Part shown: one piece after another, positions 17,890-27,383 of the stretch
How positions within the stretch are numbered: position 1 is the stretch's first letter
Layout of the letters: the number at the start of each line of letters is the position of its first letter
IMG/VR virus record: IMGVR_UViG_3300021197_001789
Coordinates: 1,708-65,707 of that record
Strand: one strand, 5' to 3'
Origin: a virus
Lineage: Duplodnaviria; Caudoviricetes
DNA length: 64,000 nucleotides
Made by a program: the position numbers and the translations under genes
The notes under the pieces: generated by a model
Database searches by the model: none
What the model was told of the DNA's origin: nothing
What the model saw: the letters and a program-made list of their open reading frames with translations, nothing else

Positions 17890-18285
17890 ATGGCAACAAC
17901 AGCAACATTCACATTAAGCACCCCAGACTTTACAGGTGGGGGTTCGTTTTCTGTAACAACCACCTTATTAAAGGCAGGCACAAGTACTGGAATAGATCAA
18001 TTCACAGGTATTGCAAGAGTCTACAAGGACGCCGCAACAGCTGATATATCTTTAGTTGCTGCTAGTGATTATGCAGATAACAAGTCTCACAGACTTTACG
18101 TAAAGAACACATCTACCACCGCCGCAGACACTTTCGTTCTTATGGAGGTGGGTAGCAATGAACCTATAGGTAGATTATTTCCAGGTGACTGGATGTACAT
18201 ACCTGTTGACGGGACAGAAGATATTAAAGCCACAACCTCAGCCGTTGGCATGAGCTTTGAGTGGGGGTTATTTCACGAAGGATAA
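17890..18285 (+). CDS. virion structural protein, MAT-family paralog 2
   Basis: IDQFTG, HRLYVKN, EPIGRLFPGDWMYIP. Confidence 0.7.
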   Translation: MATTATFTLSTPDFTGGGSFSVTTTLLKAGTSTGIDQFTGIARVYKDAATADISLVAASDYADNKSHRLYVKNTSTTAADTFVLMEVGSNEPIGRLFPGDWMYIPVDGTEDIKATTSAVGMSFEWGLFHEG

Positions 18286-18296
18286 TAAACAGGTAA

Positions 18297-19037
18297 ATGG
18301 CAACAGTAACAGCATCATTAAGTTTAACTAGCGCGGACCTTACAACTAACGGCCTTGCTGTATCAACTAGCACTAATTTAGTTAAGGCTGGCACAAAGAA
18401 AACTGGGCTGTCGCAAACTACGGGGGTAGCCACAAGAACTACATCATTTGCAAGCGCTGGTGTTATTGACAGTAGTGTTTTATATCGCGGGGATGATTAC
18501 ACAGCGGATGGTGCAAACAAGGTGTACTTAAAAAATTTATCTAACGTTGCATCAGAATATTTTACGGTATATTTAACTGGAAGTGGAGGAACGGACGGTG
18601 ACGGTGTAACGGAACTAGGCAGATTATATGCAGGGGATTTTGCATTTTTTCCATGGAACGCAACAGGGGGAACAAAGGAAACTTTTATAGCTACTATAGC
18701 AAACACCTGGGCAGCTGGAGATACCTGGGAATTTGACGGTGTAGAGATTACCGCTGCTGATTCTACGGTTGCTAATATAGCTACACTGATAGATGAAGCT
18801 CATTTTCCTAACTGGGTAACTTCAAGGTCTACCGCAGCTGTAACCTTTGTTGCTAGATATGCTCAAGACGCTGGTACAGTTGTAACAGCTACAGCTGATA
18901 TAACAGTAGTTACCGCTGGGGATGGAGACTCTGTGGTGTCAAGTTCTGCATTAGGAACAAAATCTTTGTCGGACATATGGATTAAACCAAGTGTTCATAC
19001 GGAGATAACACTAGAACACCTCTTAATACACGAATGA
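18297..19037 (+). CDS. virion structural protein, MAT-family paralog 3 with inserted domain
   Basis: LSQTTG, NKVYLKN, ELGRLYAGDFAFFPW; about 100 extra residues. Confidence 0.7.
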   Translation: MATVTASLSLTSADLTTNGLAVSTSTNLVKAGTKKTGLSQTTGVATRTTSFASAGVIDSSVLYRGDDYTADGANKVYLKNLSNVASEYFTVYLTGSGGTDGDGVTELGRLYAGDFAFFPWNATGGTKETFIATIANTWAAGDTWEFDGVEITAADSTVANIATLIDEAHFPNWVTSRSTAAVTFVARYAQDAGTVVTATADITVVTAGDGDSVVSSSALGTKSLSDIWIKPSVHTEITLEHLLIHE

Positions 19038-19450
19038 TGGGGAATGTAACAACAACATTAAGAATTTCATCTGCCGACGTTTTAAGCACGTCTGTGGATA
19101 TAACCGTATTGGCTAACCTAAATGCCGATAGCGGTACACTAAGTAGGGCTAAAGTTGTTAAAACCGCGGTAGATGCAAATGCATTAGAAGTATATACAGT
19201 AAATGATAAATCAGAATCGGCATACTTATACTTAAGGAATTTGGAAACAGAAAAAGAAAATTACGTATATGTATATAATGATACAGACAGCGACGGATTA
19301 GTAGCAAAGGTTGGTGGAGGAGAATTTTGTTTTATCCCAGTAGCAGTAGATAAGGGTTACAGAGTATACGGGACAAGAGTAGACTCCATGGTGGAGTTTG
19401 CTGTATTCGGTTTAGACAGCTCAGCTGCAGGACCATTCAATCAGAGCTAA
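19034..19450 (+). CDS. virion structural protein, MAT-family paralog 4
   Basis: AYLYLRN, VAKVGGGEFCFIPV, VEFAVF. Confidence 0.65.
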   Translation: MMGNVTTTLRISSADVLSTSVDITVLANLNADSGTLSRAKVVKTAVDANALEVYTVNDKSESAYLYLRNLETEKENYVYVYNDTDSDGLVAKVGGGEFCFIPVAVDKGYRVYGTRVDSMVEFAVFGLDSSAAGPFNQS

Positions 19451-19463
19451 ATAAAATAAAGAC

Positions 19464-20078
19464 ATGGCAACATTAGCAAATCAAGGAATGGCCAGCCAAA
19501 TGGCTTTTGGACAACACGGTTGTGCTTTCATAGATGATGATGATCATTTTTTAATACCGCCCGATGGGATGGTTGTGGTCGCTATTCAATGTTTAGGGGA
19601 TACGGAGTTTGACACTCTTACCGCGGAAGACCCTACGCGGTTTATGAATACGGCATCTGCGGCACACGGTATCGCAAGTCAGGCGGTGCACGGGTCTGGA
19701 GGTTCTGCCAGATACTTAAATAGTCAGTATGTTTTTATGGCTGCTACGGCAACAGCTTCGCTTGGGGACTCTGTATATTCTGATGCTGGAGTGTTTCTAG
19801 CCAGGATAGCTGAGAAAGGCACGCTGGTTGCTACAGATGGAACACCACTTTCTTCGGATTTGGCCATTAAACTAGATAGAGGAGTTGTGATAGCGGATGG
19901 TGCCACTTTGTTGTTTGCAAATAAAGGTCAAGGTGGTGGAGGTCACACTCTAGCTACAGCAAACGTATTTCCAAAAGGAATGACCATATATGGGAGGTGG
20001 GCCGCTGTTAGTCTTGCTGCTGATCAGAACTCAGATGGAGCTGTATGTTACTTTGGCCCAACTTATAGCCCAGTATAA
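19464..20078 (+). CDS. putative virion structural protein
   Basis: FGQHG..F, AIQCL.D..F and FPKGMTIYGRW motifs; structural context. Confidence 0.6.
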   Translation: MATLANQGMASQMAFGQHGCAFIDDDDHFLIPPDGMVVVAIQCLGDTEFDTLTAEDPTRFMNTASAAHGIASQAVHGSGGSARYLNSQYVFMAATATASLGDSVYSDAGVFLARIAEKGTLVATDGTPLSSDLAIKLDRGVVIADGATLLFANKGQGGGGHTLATANVFPKGMTIYGRWAAVSLAADQNSDGAVCYFGPTYSPV

Positions 20079-20116
20079 ACGCTTAGGCTTAAATAGAAAA
20101 CAAATAATTTAATATA

Positions 20117-21241
20117 ATGGAAGAACAATTTGAAAAAGTGGAGATTTTTGATACTCCCGAACAACTTGCTGCCTCTATGCAGGCAGACGCACAAACTACA
20201 ACCACAGAGGAGGCTCCACAGCAGGAGTCTCAACCTGTTTCTGAACCAGACGTTCAGGAGCAACCGCCTCAGGAGACTCAGCCAGAGGTAGAGACTCAGC
20301 CAGAGCAACAGCCTCAGGTTGAACAACAAGAAACTAATGCTCCGCAGGAAACTGTAGAGCAACTACAATATTCAGAAAATCAGATAGAAGAGGCGGTGTT
20401 CTCGTACATGAGCGAAAGGCTCGGAAGGAACGTTACCTCTATGGATGATTTTGTGAACACCCCGCAGGAGCAAGCACCTCTTGATGAAAGAATCGCCGCG
20501 ATAGCAAACTTTGTCGAAACGACAGGGCGCACACCGCAGGATTGGTTTAAGTATCAGTCATTAAATCCTACCGAAATGGGAGATTTAACAGCCGTAAAGG
20601 TTGACATGGCATCAAAGTACCCTAACCTATCTAATGACGAAATAAATCTTCTCATTAAGAATAACTACAAGTCGGACGTTGAAACTCACGGTGAGGAGCA
20701 AGTCCAGCTTTCGCAACTGCAACTTAAAATAGATGCTGAGACTGCACGTAAAAACATCTCTGAGATTCGACAAAAATATTCGGCCCCAGAGGTACAGCAA
20801 GCTCAGCAAGAATCTTTTATTAATGACGATTGGATTGGACAGATGTCCAGTGAGGTAGATCAGTTAACTGGGTTGGAATTTGACCTAGGTAACGATAAAT
20901 CATTTACCTTCGGACTAGACGACAATTACAAGTCACAACTAAAAGATAAAAACACAAGGTTAGAGGAATACTTTGATGAATTTGTCCGACAGGACGGAAG
21001 CTGGGATTTCGATGCCCTTTCTTCACACAGAGCCGTTATTGACAATATCGACCAGATCGTAAGCGCAGCTTACAAACAAGGTATGGGTGATGGTCAAAGA
21101 GGTTTAGTGGATAAAGCGGCTAACGTATCTACCGCTTCCCCAAATCAGGGAACAAACTCTAATCAATCTAATAACCCACTTGCAGAGCAAGTGAAAGACA
21201 TCATGAGGAACAACTCCTCTAAGATGACATTTAACATTTAA
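20117..21241 (+). CDS. putative scaffolding/capsid assembly protein
   Basis: Acidic Glu/Gln/Pro-rich N-terminus, helical body, immediately before the major capsid gene. Confidence 0.7.
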   Translation: MEEQFEKVEIFDTPEQLAASMQADAQTTTTEEAPQQESQPVSEPDVQEQPPQETQPEVETQPEQQPQVEQQETNAPQETVEQLQYSENQIEEAVFSYMSERLGRNVTSMDDFVNTPQEQAPLDERIAAIANFVETTGRTPQDWFKYQSLNPTEMGDLTAVKVDMASKYPNLSNDEINLLIKNNYKSDVETHGEEQVQLSQLQLKIDAETARKNISEIRQKYSAPEVQQAQQESFINDDWIGQMSSEVDQLTGLEFDLGNDKSFTFGLDDNYKSQLKDKNTRLEEYFDEFVRQDGSWDFDALSSHRAVIDNIDQIVSAAYKQGMGDGQRGLVDKAANVSTASPNQGTNSNQSNNPLAEQVKDIMRNNSSKMTFNI

Positions 21242-21254
21242 AAAATAAGAAAAA

Positions 21255-22667
21255 ATGGCTAGTATAGGAACAACTAGAGGGACTAATATTCCAGTTTTGG
21301 ACGGCGCAGCAGGTGAATTTAGAATCACACCTGAAGCGTACACAACTGTAGATTCTCTTATAAAAACAACTAAAGATGAGGTAATGCCTAACCTCGTTGA
21401 GACTTACGGTGATCAAGGTATCACTGGATTTCTTAAACTAACAGGGGCAATTAACAGCGGCGGATCGTCTGACCAGATTGACTGGTGGGAGGCAGGTCGT
21501 CGTCACAAGACGTTAGCATACACATCTGCCGCAGCAATATCTTCTGATACTAAGTTTTTAACAATTAACGACTCTGTTGTAAGAGCTGGAGTTCAGGCCA
21601 ACGACGTCCTTATGGACAAAGAAACGGGCGCTCGTTTTGTGGTTAAATCTGGTGGATACGGTACAGGAAACGAAGTAGATGTTATTTTAGCAAAACTAGA
21701 CGGAAGTGTAGTTACTGAAGATACAGATATTGACACGGATTCAGATGGAGAATTTATCAGACTTGGTAACATGTACGCTCAGGGAACTAACCAGCCTACA
21801 GCATTCGACGACTTCAATGCAGTGAGAAAGTCTAACCCATTCATGATCGTTAAAGATCGTTATGAGGTTAATGGATCACAAGCTACGAATATCGGTTGGG
21901 TAAATGTAGGCGGCGGTGAGTACCGTTGGTTTATGAAGGGTGAACAAGAGGCCCGCGCTCGTTTTGAGGATCGTCGTGAAATGATGATGCTTCTAGGGCA
22001 GCAGCGTGGCAATGACTCTATTGTTGGTGCAGGATTAGATAACGAAATTGCTGGTTCTGAAGGTTACTTCGCGGCTATCGAGGATCGTGGAATCCAAGTA
22101 TCTAACGCAAACGCTAACCCGCTAGACTCTTTCTCTGAGTTTGACGATATTATCATGGAGCTTGATAAGCAAGGTGCACCATCTGAGTACGCTATGTACG
22201 TTAACAGAAAGCAAGACCTAGCTATCGACGATATGTTAGCATCAGGTGTTGCAACAGGTGTTACTGCTGGTTTACCAGGACAGTTTGGAGCATTCAATAA
22301 CTCAGCTGATATGGCTGTTAAGCTTGGATTTAAGTCTTTCACTCGTGGAGGATACACATTCCACAAGCACGATTGGAAGCTATTGAACGACCCAACTCTT
22401 CTAGGAGCATCTAACTACGTACAGGGGGCTATGATTCCTTTGTCACAGGTTACTGACGCACGTAGCGGAATGAAGGCACCAGCCTTAGCTATGTACTACA
22501 AGGAGGCTAACGGGTACAACCGTGAGATGGAGCACTGGGTAACTGGTAGCATCTTGGGTCACACTAACAACGGAGATGTAGGTACAGATAATGCTGTATT
22601 CCACTACCGTTCTGAGATCGCTTTATGTACTCGCGCAGCGAATCAACACGTAATGATTAAGGGATAA
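21255..22667 (+). CDS. major capsid protein (HK97 fold, crAss-like)
   Basis: 470 aa; YGDQ.I.GFL, GSEGYFAAIEDRG, LGFKSFTRGGYTFHK, HYRSE; follows the scaffold. Confidence 0.85.
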   Translation: MASIGTTRGTNIPVLDGAAGEFRITPEAYTTVDSLIKTTKDEVMPNLVETYGDQGITGFLKLTGAINSGGSSDQIDWWEAGRRHKTLAYTSAAAISSDTKFLTINDSVVRAGVQANDVLMDKETGARFVVKSGGYGTGNEVDVILAKLDGSVVTEDTDIDTDSDGEFIRLGNMYAQGTNQPTAFDDFNAVRKSNPFMIVKDRYEVNGSQATNIGWVNVGGGEYRWFMKGEQEARARFEDRREMMMLLGQQRGNDSIVGAGLDNEIAGSEGYFAAIEDRGIQVSNANANPLDSFSEFDDIIMELDKQGAPSEYAMYVNRKQDLAIDDMLASGVATGVTAGLPGQFGAFNNSADMAVKLGFKSFTRGGYTFHKHDWKLLNDPTLLGASNYVQGAMIPLSQVTDARSGMKAPALAMYYKEANGYNREMEHWVTGSILGHTNNGDVGTDNAVFHYRSEIALCTRAANQHVMIKG

Positions 22668-22702
22668 TCGTTTATTTACTAACTATTAAAACTTAAAACA
22701 TT

Positions 22703-23017
22703 ATGGAAAGATTCTTATATTTCAAAGACGGAGCAAACGACGCTTACGCAAATAGCGTAAACAATCTTTTAGCTATTCAACAAACAGGAGACACTACAGT
22801 TACTTTAACTTTTGTAGCTAGAAGTGGCGATGTTGCTGTTGATACCGTTGCTTTAACTATAACGGACGAAAAAGAAGTAGCAGTTTGTGAAGGTATCATC
22901 AATTCTATTAACCACTCAACAGATCCTTTTGTTGTGGTGTTTGACAATGTATCAGGTGATAAAGTTCATTCAGACATTTCTGCTTCTGCTATTACGTTAG
23001 ATTCATTAGCTGATTAA
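22703..23017 (+). CDS. small acidic structural protein, post-capsid paralog 1
   Basis: M.RFLYF.D ... LL.I ... VV.D.....H.DI pattern. Confidence 0.65.
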   Translation: MERFLYFKDGANDAYANSVNNLLAIQQTGDTTVTLTFVARSGDVAVDTVALTITDEKEVAVCEGIINSINHSTDPFVVVFDNVSGDKVHSDISASAITLDSLAD

Positions 23018-23039
23018 TAATATTTAAAAACTAAAAAAC

Positions 23040-23363
23040 ATGAAATTTCTTAGATACAGAGATGGCGAAAACACTTTAGAGTATAGGCCAGTTAATAGAC
23101 TTTTAGGTATTAGCGATACGGTAAATGATGAAATTCAACTTTACTTTAAAGCAACGACAAATGATCCAGACGATGTGGATTATGTTGATTTAAGTGTGTT
23201 GAATGAAAATGAAACGGGAGTAATTAGAGCTATTGTTGAAGCTATCAACAGTGGTGCTTCTCATATTGTAACTGTTGCTGACGATCATACTTCGGATTAT
23301 ATCCACCCTGATCTTGACGCTGTAGTTGCTATTGCAGCAGCATCTGATGCTAACCCATCATAA
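23040..23363 (+). CDS. small acidic structural protein, post-capsid paralog 2
   Basis: MKFLRY.D ... VADD....IHPDL. Confidence 0.65.
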   Translation: MKFLRYRDGENTLEYRPVNRLLGISDTVNDEIQLYFKATTNDPDDVDYVDLSVLNENETGVIRAIVEAINSGASHIVTVADDHTSDYIHPDLDAVVAIAAASDANPS

Positions 23364-23380
23364 CAATTAAAACGTAAATT

Positions 23381-23397
23381 GGGCTTCGGCCCTCTTT
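23381..23397 (+). terminator. weak intrinsic terminator
   Basis: GGGC-TTCG-GCCC followed by TCTTT. Confidence 0.4.
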
Positions 23398-23439
23398 ACA
23401 CTTAACTTTTTAAAAACAAAAAAACAAAAATTAGAAAAT

Positions 23440-23946
23440 ATGAATGAATTAATTCTTTCAAAGCTTGAAGCTGGCCAGGTTAAAGGCCCTTGTACGGCAA
23501 TGAAGGCTACTGCTGGAACGGATATTGCAGACAGCACAGCCGCGTTAGCGATGGACGCTACATATGTCAACAAGGTTACTTTTTCCGCGCTTGACGGGGC
23601 TGCAAAAACTGTAACACTCCCCACATTTACAAATGTTGGAGACATTGTTATCATTATGCAAAAAGTCAGCCTTGTAGGTAGTGGCGTACTCACTATTGAC
23701 TGTGGCGGATCTCAAAGTTTTGACACTGGAAGTTATGCTTTTTGGGCTGATGGCTCTGACGTAGCTACAGTTGATACTGCTACTGCTGGTGAGACTAAAG
23801 TTGTCTTAACTGGTGAAGCATCAAATACTGGTACAGGAGCTGGAACTTGCGCAAAATTCACCTATTTAGGTGACGATAAAATTTTGTGTCAAGTTCATGG
23901 TAATCGCTTAGGTACTGGCGGAGGAACTATGGCTTTTGCGGCATAG
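23440..23946 (+). CDS. putative capsid decoration/structural protein
   Basis: Thr/Gly/Ala-rich, TVTLPT...VGD motif. Confidence 0.6.
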   Translation: MNELILSKLEAGQVKGPCTAMKATAGTDIADSTAALAMDATYVNKVTFSALDGAAKTVTLPTFTNVGDIVIIMQKVSLVGSGVLTIDCGGSQSFDTGSYAFWADGSDVATVDTATAGETKVVLTGEASNTGTGAGTCAKFTYLGDDKILCQVHGNRLGTGGGTMAFAA

Positions 23947-23967
23947 CTCTTTATAATCTACTACAAG

Positions 23968-23990
23968 AAAGGCCCTTCGGGGCCTTTTTT
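23968..23990 (+). terminator. intrinsic terminator
   Basis: AAAGGCCC-TTCG-GGGCCTTT plus T run. Confidence 0.85.
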
Positions 23991-23998
23991 ATTTGTTG

Positions 23999-24006
23999 TA
24001 TATTTG
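23999..24006 (+). promoter_or_regulatory. TAnnTTTG -7 promoter (TATATTTG)
   Basis: Directly after the terminator, before ATG 24025. Confidence 0.6.
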
Positions 24007-24024
24007 CGTTGTAAATTTAATCCA

Positions 24025-24342
24025 ATGAAAAAATTCTTGCAGTTTATAGATGCAGCTGATGATGCAGCCACATATCCCGCCGATAACCTTATCGCTATGA
24101 CCGTGGGGTCTGACGCTACGCTTATATTAAAGTTTTCCCCTGGGTCGTTAGGTTTAGGGCAGGCCGCAAGTTTAGATTTTGTTACGCTGACGATTACCGC
24201 AGACTCAGAAAAAGTGGTTATGAAGGCTATAGGCGATGAAATAAGCCTTGGGGACACCCCAACTATAGTGGTATGCGACGACGTAAATAGTTTATTTTTA
24301 CATTCTGATATAGCCTCGTGTACAATAACCCTTGATGCTTAA
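24025..24342 (+). CDS. small acidic structural protein, post-capsid paralog 3
   Basis: MKKFLQFID...VVCDD....LHSDI; start moved from TTG 24004 to ATG 24025. Confidence 0.65.
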   Translation: MKKFLQFIDAADDAATYPADNLIAMTVGSDATLILKFSPGSLGLGQAASLDFVTLTITADSEKVVMKAIGDEISLGDTPTIVVCDDVNSLFLHSDIASCTITLDA

Positions 24343-25646
24343 TGAAGTTTTTTGAATTTATACAGGGAGAGGTTAACGAATCAAGCATAAAAGCTTCCGA
24401 TACGGGAGTAGGGCTATCCGTGATTGTAATCCCCGTAAACAGCCTGGCCTTTATGACGGCGACAAAGGGGGCTATTAATTTTACATTTAATAACACCAGC
24501 ATATATGAGCAATCCGCTCTATTCCCTGGGGAGGCGGTAGAAAAAACCAATATACGCGTATCATGTATAGCGGGTAAAGAGGTGTCGCTTATAGACGATA
24601 TAACTAAGTTTATAACCTCTAAAACAACCACGCAGGTTATGAAGTTTGATGTAACTAATAAATCTTCTACATTTAAAAAAGCAGTTGTAGGGGGTGTTGA
24701 AAATATTGTATCTAAGGTCGTTGTAAACCCCACCAATATGACTTCTGGGGAAATTAGTAAGGGAGATCCCGCTAAGGTGTTTACGGATGTTATAGGGGAG
24801 ATATACTTTGGGGATAACAAACCTTCTTTAGATTTTAACCATGAAGGGTTAGCGAAATATAGTAACGGTGACGAGATAACCTCTTGGAATAACGCAGGTA
24901 CTCTAGGTAGTACGCACAGCATTGTTGCTAACGTAGGGGATCCTCAGGCTATTACAGAATTTACGGCTACAAGAGGTTTATCAAGAGTGAGTGCATCTAT
25001 AGCTTTAGATGATTATTTTGTTGTACCAAACGCCTATAAGGTGAGCGGAGCTTACACAATATATATGTGCTTTAGACCTAACACTGACGATGATTCCCTC
25101 GGCGTAATATATGGTGACGATAGCGGAGACACTATGGGGATGTGTTTTGGTAACGCTGTGTATGATGCTAACGGCGGTATAGAGAAAGCTGAGGGTAAGC
25201 TTAGCACGTTTAAGGTAAGGCACGATGGGAGGACAGGAGAGCCAGCTTTTGCACCTACGGGTGGTTCTGATAATGGCTCAGTGCCCTATAACTTTCCCGA
25301 AAACTATATTGACATAGATTCGGGTGAAACATGCCACGTATTTGTTATACGTAGAGATCACGACTTCAACATGTACCTACATAGCCGTACAGGGGATTTA
25401 GTTGGATTTATACCTCGATTTAGAACAGACGATACTATTGACGGTAGAATAACCTCCCTTGATGGTATGACCGACGGAGAGCTTCTTATTGAACAGATAG
25501 GGTCTGGTGGGGGAATTGTAACTACGACTGGAAGAGGCAAAAGCTTTAAAGGCTTTATCACAAGGTTTGGCGTTATTGAGAAAGACATAGGTACCAATGC
25601 GGCGGCTACGCTAGCAACGGACCTTTTTAATTTATATAATTTTTAA
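24342..25646 (+). CDS. structural protein: paralog-like N-domain plus LamG-like C-domain
   Basis: MKFFEFIQ start; C-terminal YTIYM, EQIGS..FKGFITRFGV pattern. Confidence 0.6.
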   Translation: MKFFEFIQGEVNESSIKASDTGVGLSVIVIPVNSLAFMTATKGAINFTFNNTSIYEQSALFPGEAVEKTNIRVSCIAGKEVSLIDDITKFITSKTTTQVMKFDVTNKSSTFKKAVVGGVENIVSKVVVNPTNMTSGEISKGDPAKVFTDVIGEIYFGDNKPSLDFNHEGLAKYSNGDEITSWNNAGTLGSTHSIVANVGDPQAITEFTATRGLSRVSASIALDDYFVVPNAYKVSGAYTIYMCFRPNTDDDSLGVIYGDDSGDTMGMCFGNAVYDANGGIEKAEGKLSTFKVRHDGRTGEPAFAPTGGSDNGSVPYNFPENYIDIDSGETCHVFVIRRDHDFNMYLHSRTGDLVGFIPRFRTDDTIDGRITSLDGMTDGELLIEQIGSGGGIVTTTGRGKSFKGFITRFGVIEKDIGTNAAATLATDLFNLYNF

Positions 25647-25657
25647 TTTAATTTATT

Positions 25658-26488
25658 ATGACACAGAAAGTCAAAGCGGCCCCTGAGCGCCCAAAAGCTC
25701 AAACCAAAGTTGCCCCGCCAGTTGTGCAGGCACCGCCTACTAAAAAACGTAACCTAAAGCGTAAAGAGACTGTCCTTTACCACGCAGAGTACGAAATCCC
25801 AAAGAATGCAGGTATAGTATATATGCTACCGCAGAAGGGGATTACCGTGTATGATAGTGATCTAGACACCGTACGCGAGATGCGCTATTGTCCTAACGAG
25901 CCCTCTATATGGGCAGATGAGCAGGGAGATAACGCCCGCAAGGAAACGGTAGCGTTCAGAGAAGGTAAACTATTCGTACCTAAAGACAAACCTAATTTAC
26001 GTAAGTTTATGGATCTACACCCTATGAATATAAGCAATGGGGGAAAAATCTTTAAGCAGGTAGATAAAAAGCAAGATGCGGAGAAAGAGCTTAAGAGAGA
26101 GTTTCTTCTTTCAGAGGCGGTCACTATGGTTCGGGACAAGGATGTTAATGAGCTTCTACCTATAGCTCTATACTTCGGTGTAAACATTAACACGCCCGTA
26201 AGTGAGATACGATACAATCTACTGAATATTGCGAAGAAGCGCACGGAAGAATTTATCCAATCGTTTGACTCTCCGCAGGTTCAGGTTAGATCGAGCATAC
26301 AGCAGGCTAAGGATTACCAGATACTCAACCTTAAATCTGACGGTTGTTACTGGTTTGATTCAAACAAGCTTATCGTTTCTGTACCTGTAGGTGTAGACGC
26401 TATGGACGTTATGGTAAGGTTTTGCCTTACCGAAAAGGGATCCCCTGTACTATCTACTATCGAGGATAGATTGGACAGACTGGGATAA
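25658..26488 (+). CDS. hypothetical protein of the crAss-like morphogenesis module
   Basis: REMRYCPNEPSIW.DEQ and F..GKL.VP motifs; lies between capsid and tail genes. Confidence 0.7.
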   Translation: MTQKVKAAPERPKAQTKVAPPVVQAPPTKKRNLKRKETVLYHAEYEIPKNAGIVYMLPQKGITVYDSDLDTVREMRYCPNEPSIWADEQGDNARKETVAFREGKLFVPKDKPNLRKFMDLHPMNISNGGKIFKQVDKKQDAEKELKREFLLSEAVTMVRDKDVNELLPIALYFGVNINTPVSEIRYNLLNIAKKRTEEFIQSFDSPQVQVRSSIQQAKDYQILNLKSDGCYWFDSNKLIVSVPVGVDAMDVMVRFCLTEKGSPVLSTIEDRLDRLG

Positions 26489-26509
26489 ACTCATGATACG
26501 ATGAAAGGG

Positions 26510-26538
26510 AGCCGCCATATTAGGCGGCTTTTCTTTTT
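26510..26538 (+). terminator. intrinsic terminator
   Basis: AGCCGCC-ATATTA-GGCGGCT followed by TTTCTTTTT. Confidence 0.85.
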
Positions 26539-26540
26539 CG

Positions 26541-26548
26541 TATATTTG
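26541..26548 (+). promoter_or_regulatory. TAnnTTTG -7 promoter (TATATTTG)
   Basis: After the terminator, 4 nt before ATG 26553. Confidence 0.65.
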
Positions 26549-26552
26549 CTGT

Positions 26553-27383
26553 ATGGCTAGTATAGTACTTGTATATGACACATTAAAGAACCTTGCTAAT
26601 AAAGAGCAGAAGGGGTATATAACCCCTAGGGTTTTTAATTCGTTTGCTCATATTGCTCAAATGAATATATTTAATGAGCTTTTTTCTGAGCTTGTTGATG
26701 CAAAGAAACTATCTAGACAGGGTTTTGAATTGGGACGGGATAAATCGGTTAGAAAGCAAAAACTAGAGGATTTATCATATTTTGTGAAAAAATCTATAGC
26801 AAGCTCTCAAAATAATATATTTCCTAAGCCTGTTGATATGTCTAGGGTTATATCAATAAAAATTAGAGATGTTTTGCAAAACGTTGGGGTTTCAGAAAAC
26901 ATAAGCGTAAACTCATGCGAAATTCTATACGACCCTGAAAAAGCAAATCATATACTTGGGAGCAACCTATCTACACCCACGCGCGATTTTCCCGTTGCTT
27001 TAGTTGCAGATGAAATAGAGGTTTTCCCTGCAAGTGTTAACGAAATAGAGATTATGTATTATAGGGTTCCAGGTAGTCTTGATTTTAATAACAACTATTC
27101 TGGAAGCTTGTTAGGGAATACTTCAGTAGCGATGAATGCATCTATGATGCCACCATTTTATGCGGAAGTTTTTACCCCTGTTAATCCAGCAGTCGGAGGA
27201 GGAACGGGAGGGACAGGTTACGATTTGGGGTCGGGATTACCCGACTACTCTTCTTTGAGAGATTTTATGCTTCCAGACCATCTTGTACCAGAAATAGTAA
27301 TGGAGATGGCTAAATTATTAGGGGTTCGATTACGAGATCCTAATATTCAAGCCTTTGCATCACGAGAAGAAGCCGCTGAATAA
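26553..27383 (+). CDS. tail ring / head-tail adaptor protein
   Basis: VY.T...LANKEQ.GYITP..FN..A..AQ..IF N-terminal motif; position before the nozzle. Confidence 0.7.
   Translation: MASIVLVYDTLKNLANKEQKGYITPRVFNSFAHIAQMNIFNELFSELVDAKKLSRQGFELGRDKSVRKQKLEDLSYFVKKSIASSQNNIFPKPVDMSRVISIKIRDVLQNVGVSENISVNSCEILYDPEKANHILGSNLSTPTRDFPVALVADEIEVFPASVNEIEIMYYRVPGSLDFNNNYSGSLLGNTSVAMNASMMPPFYAEVFTPVNPAVGGGTGGTGYDLGSGLPDYSSLRDFMLPDHLVPEIVMEMAKLLGVRLRDPNIQAFASREEAAE

Noticed and set aside
27341-27352. GGGGTTCGATT T-loop-like sequence
   Set aside because: Inside a tail gene and lacks the complementary CCCC stem.
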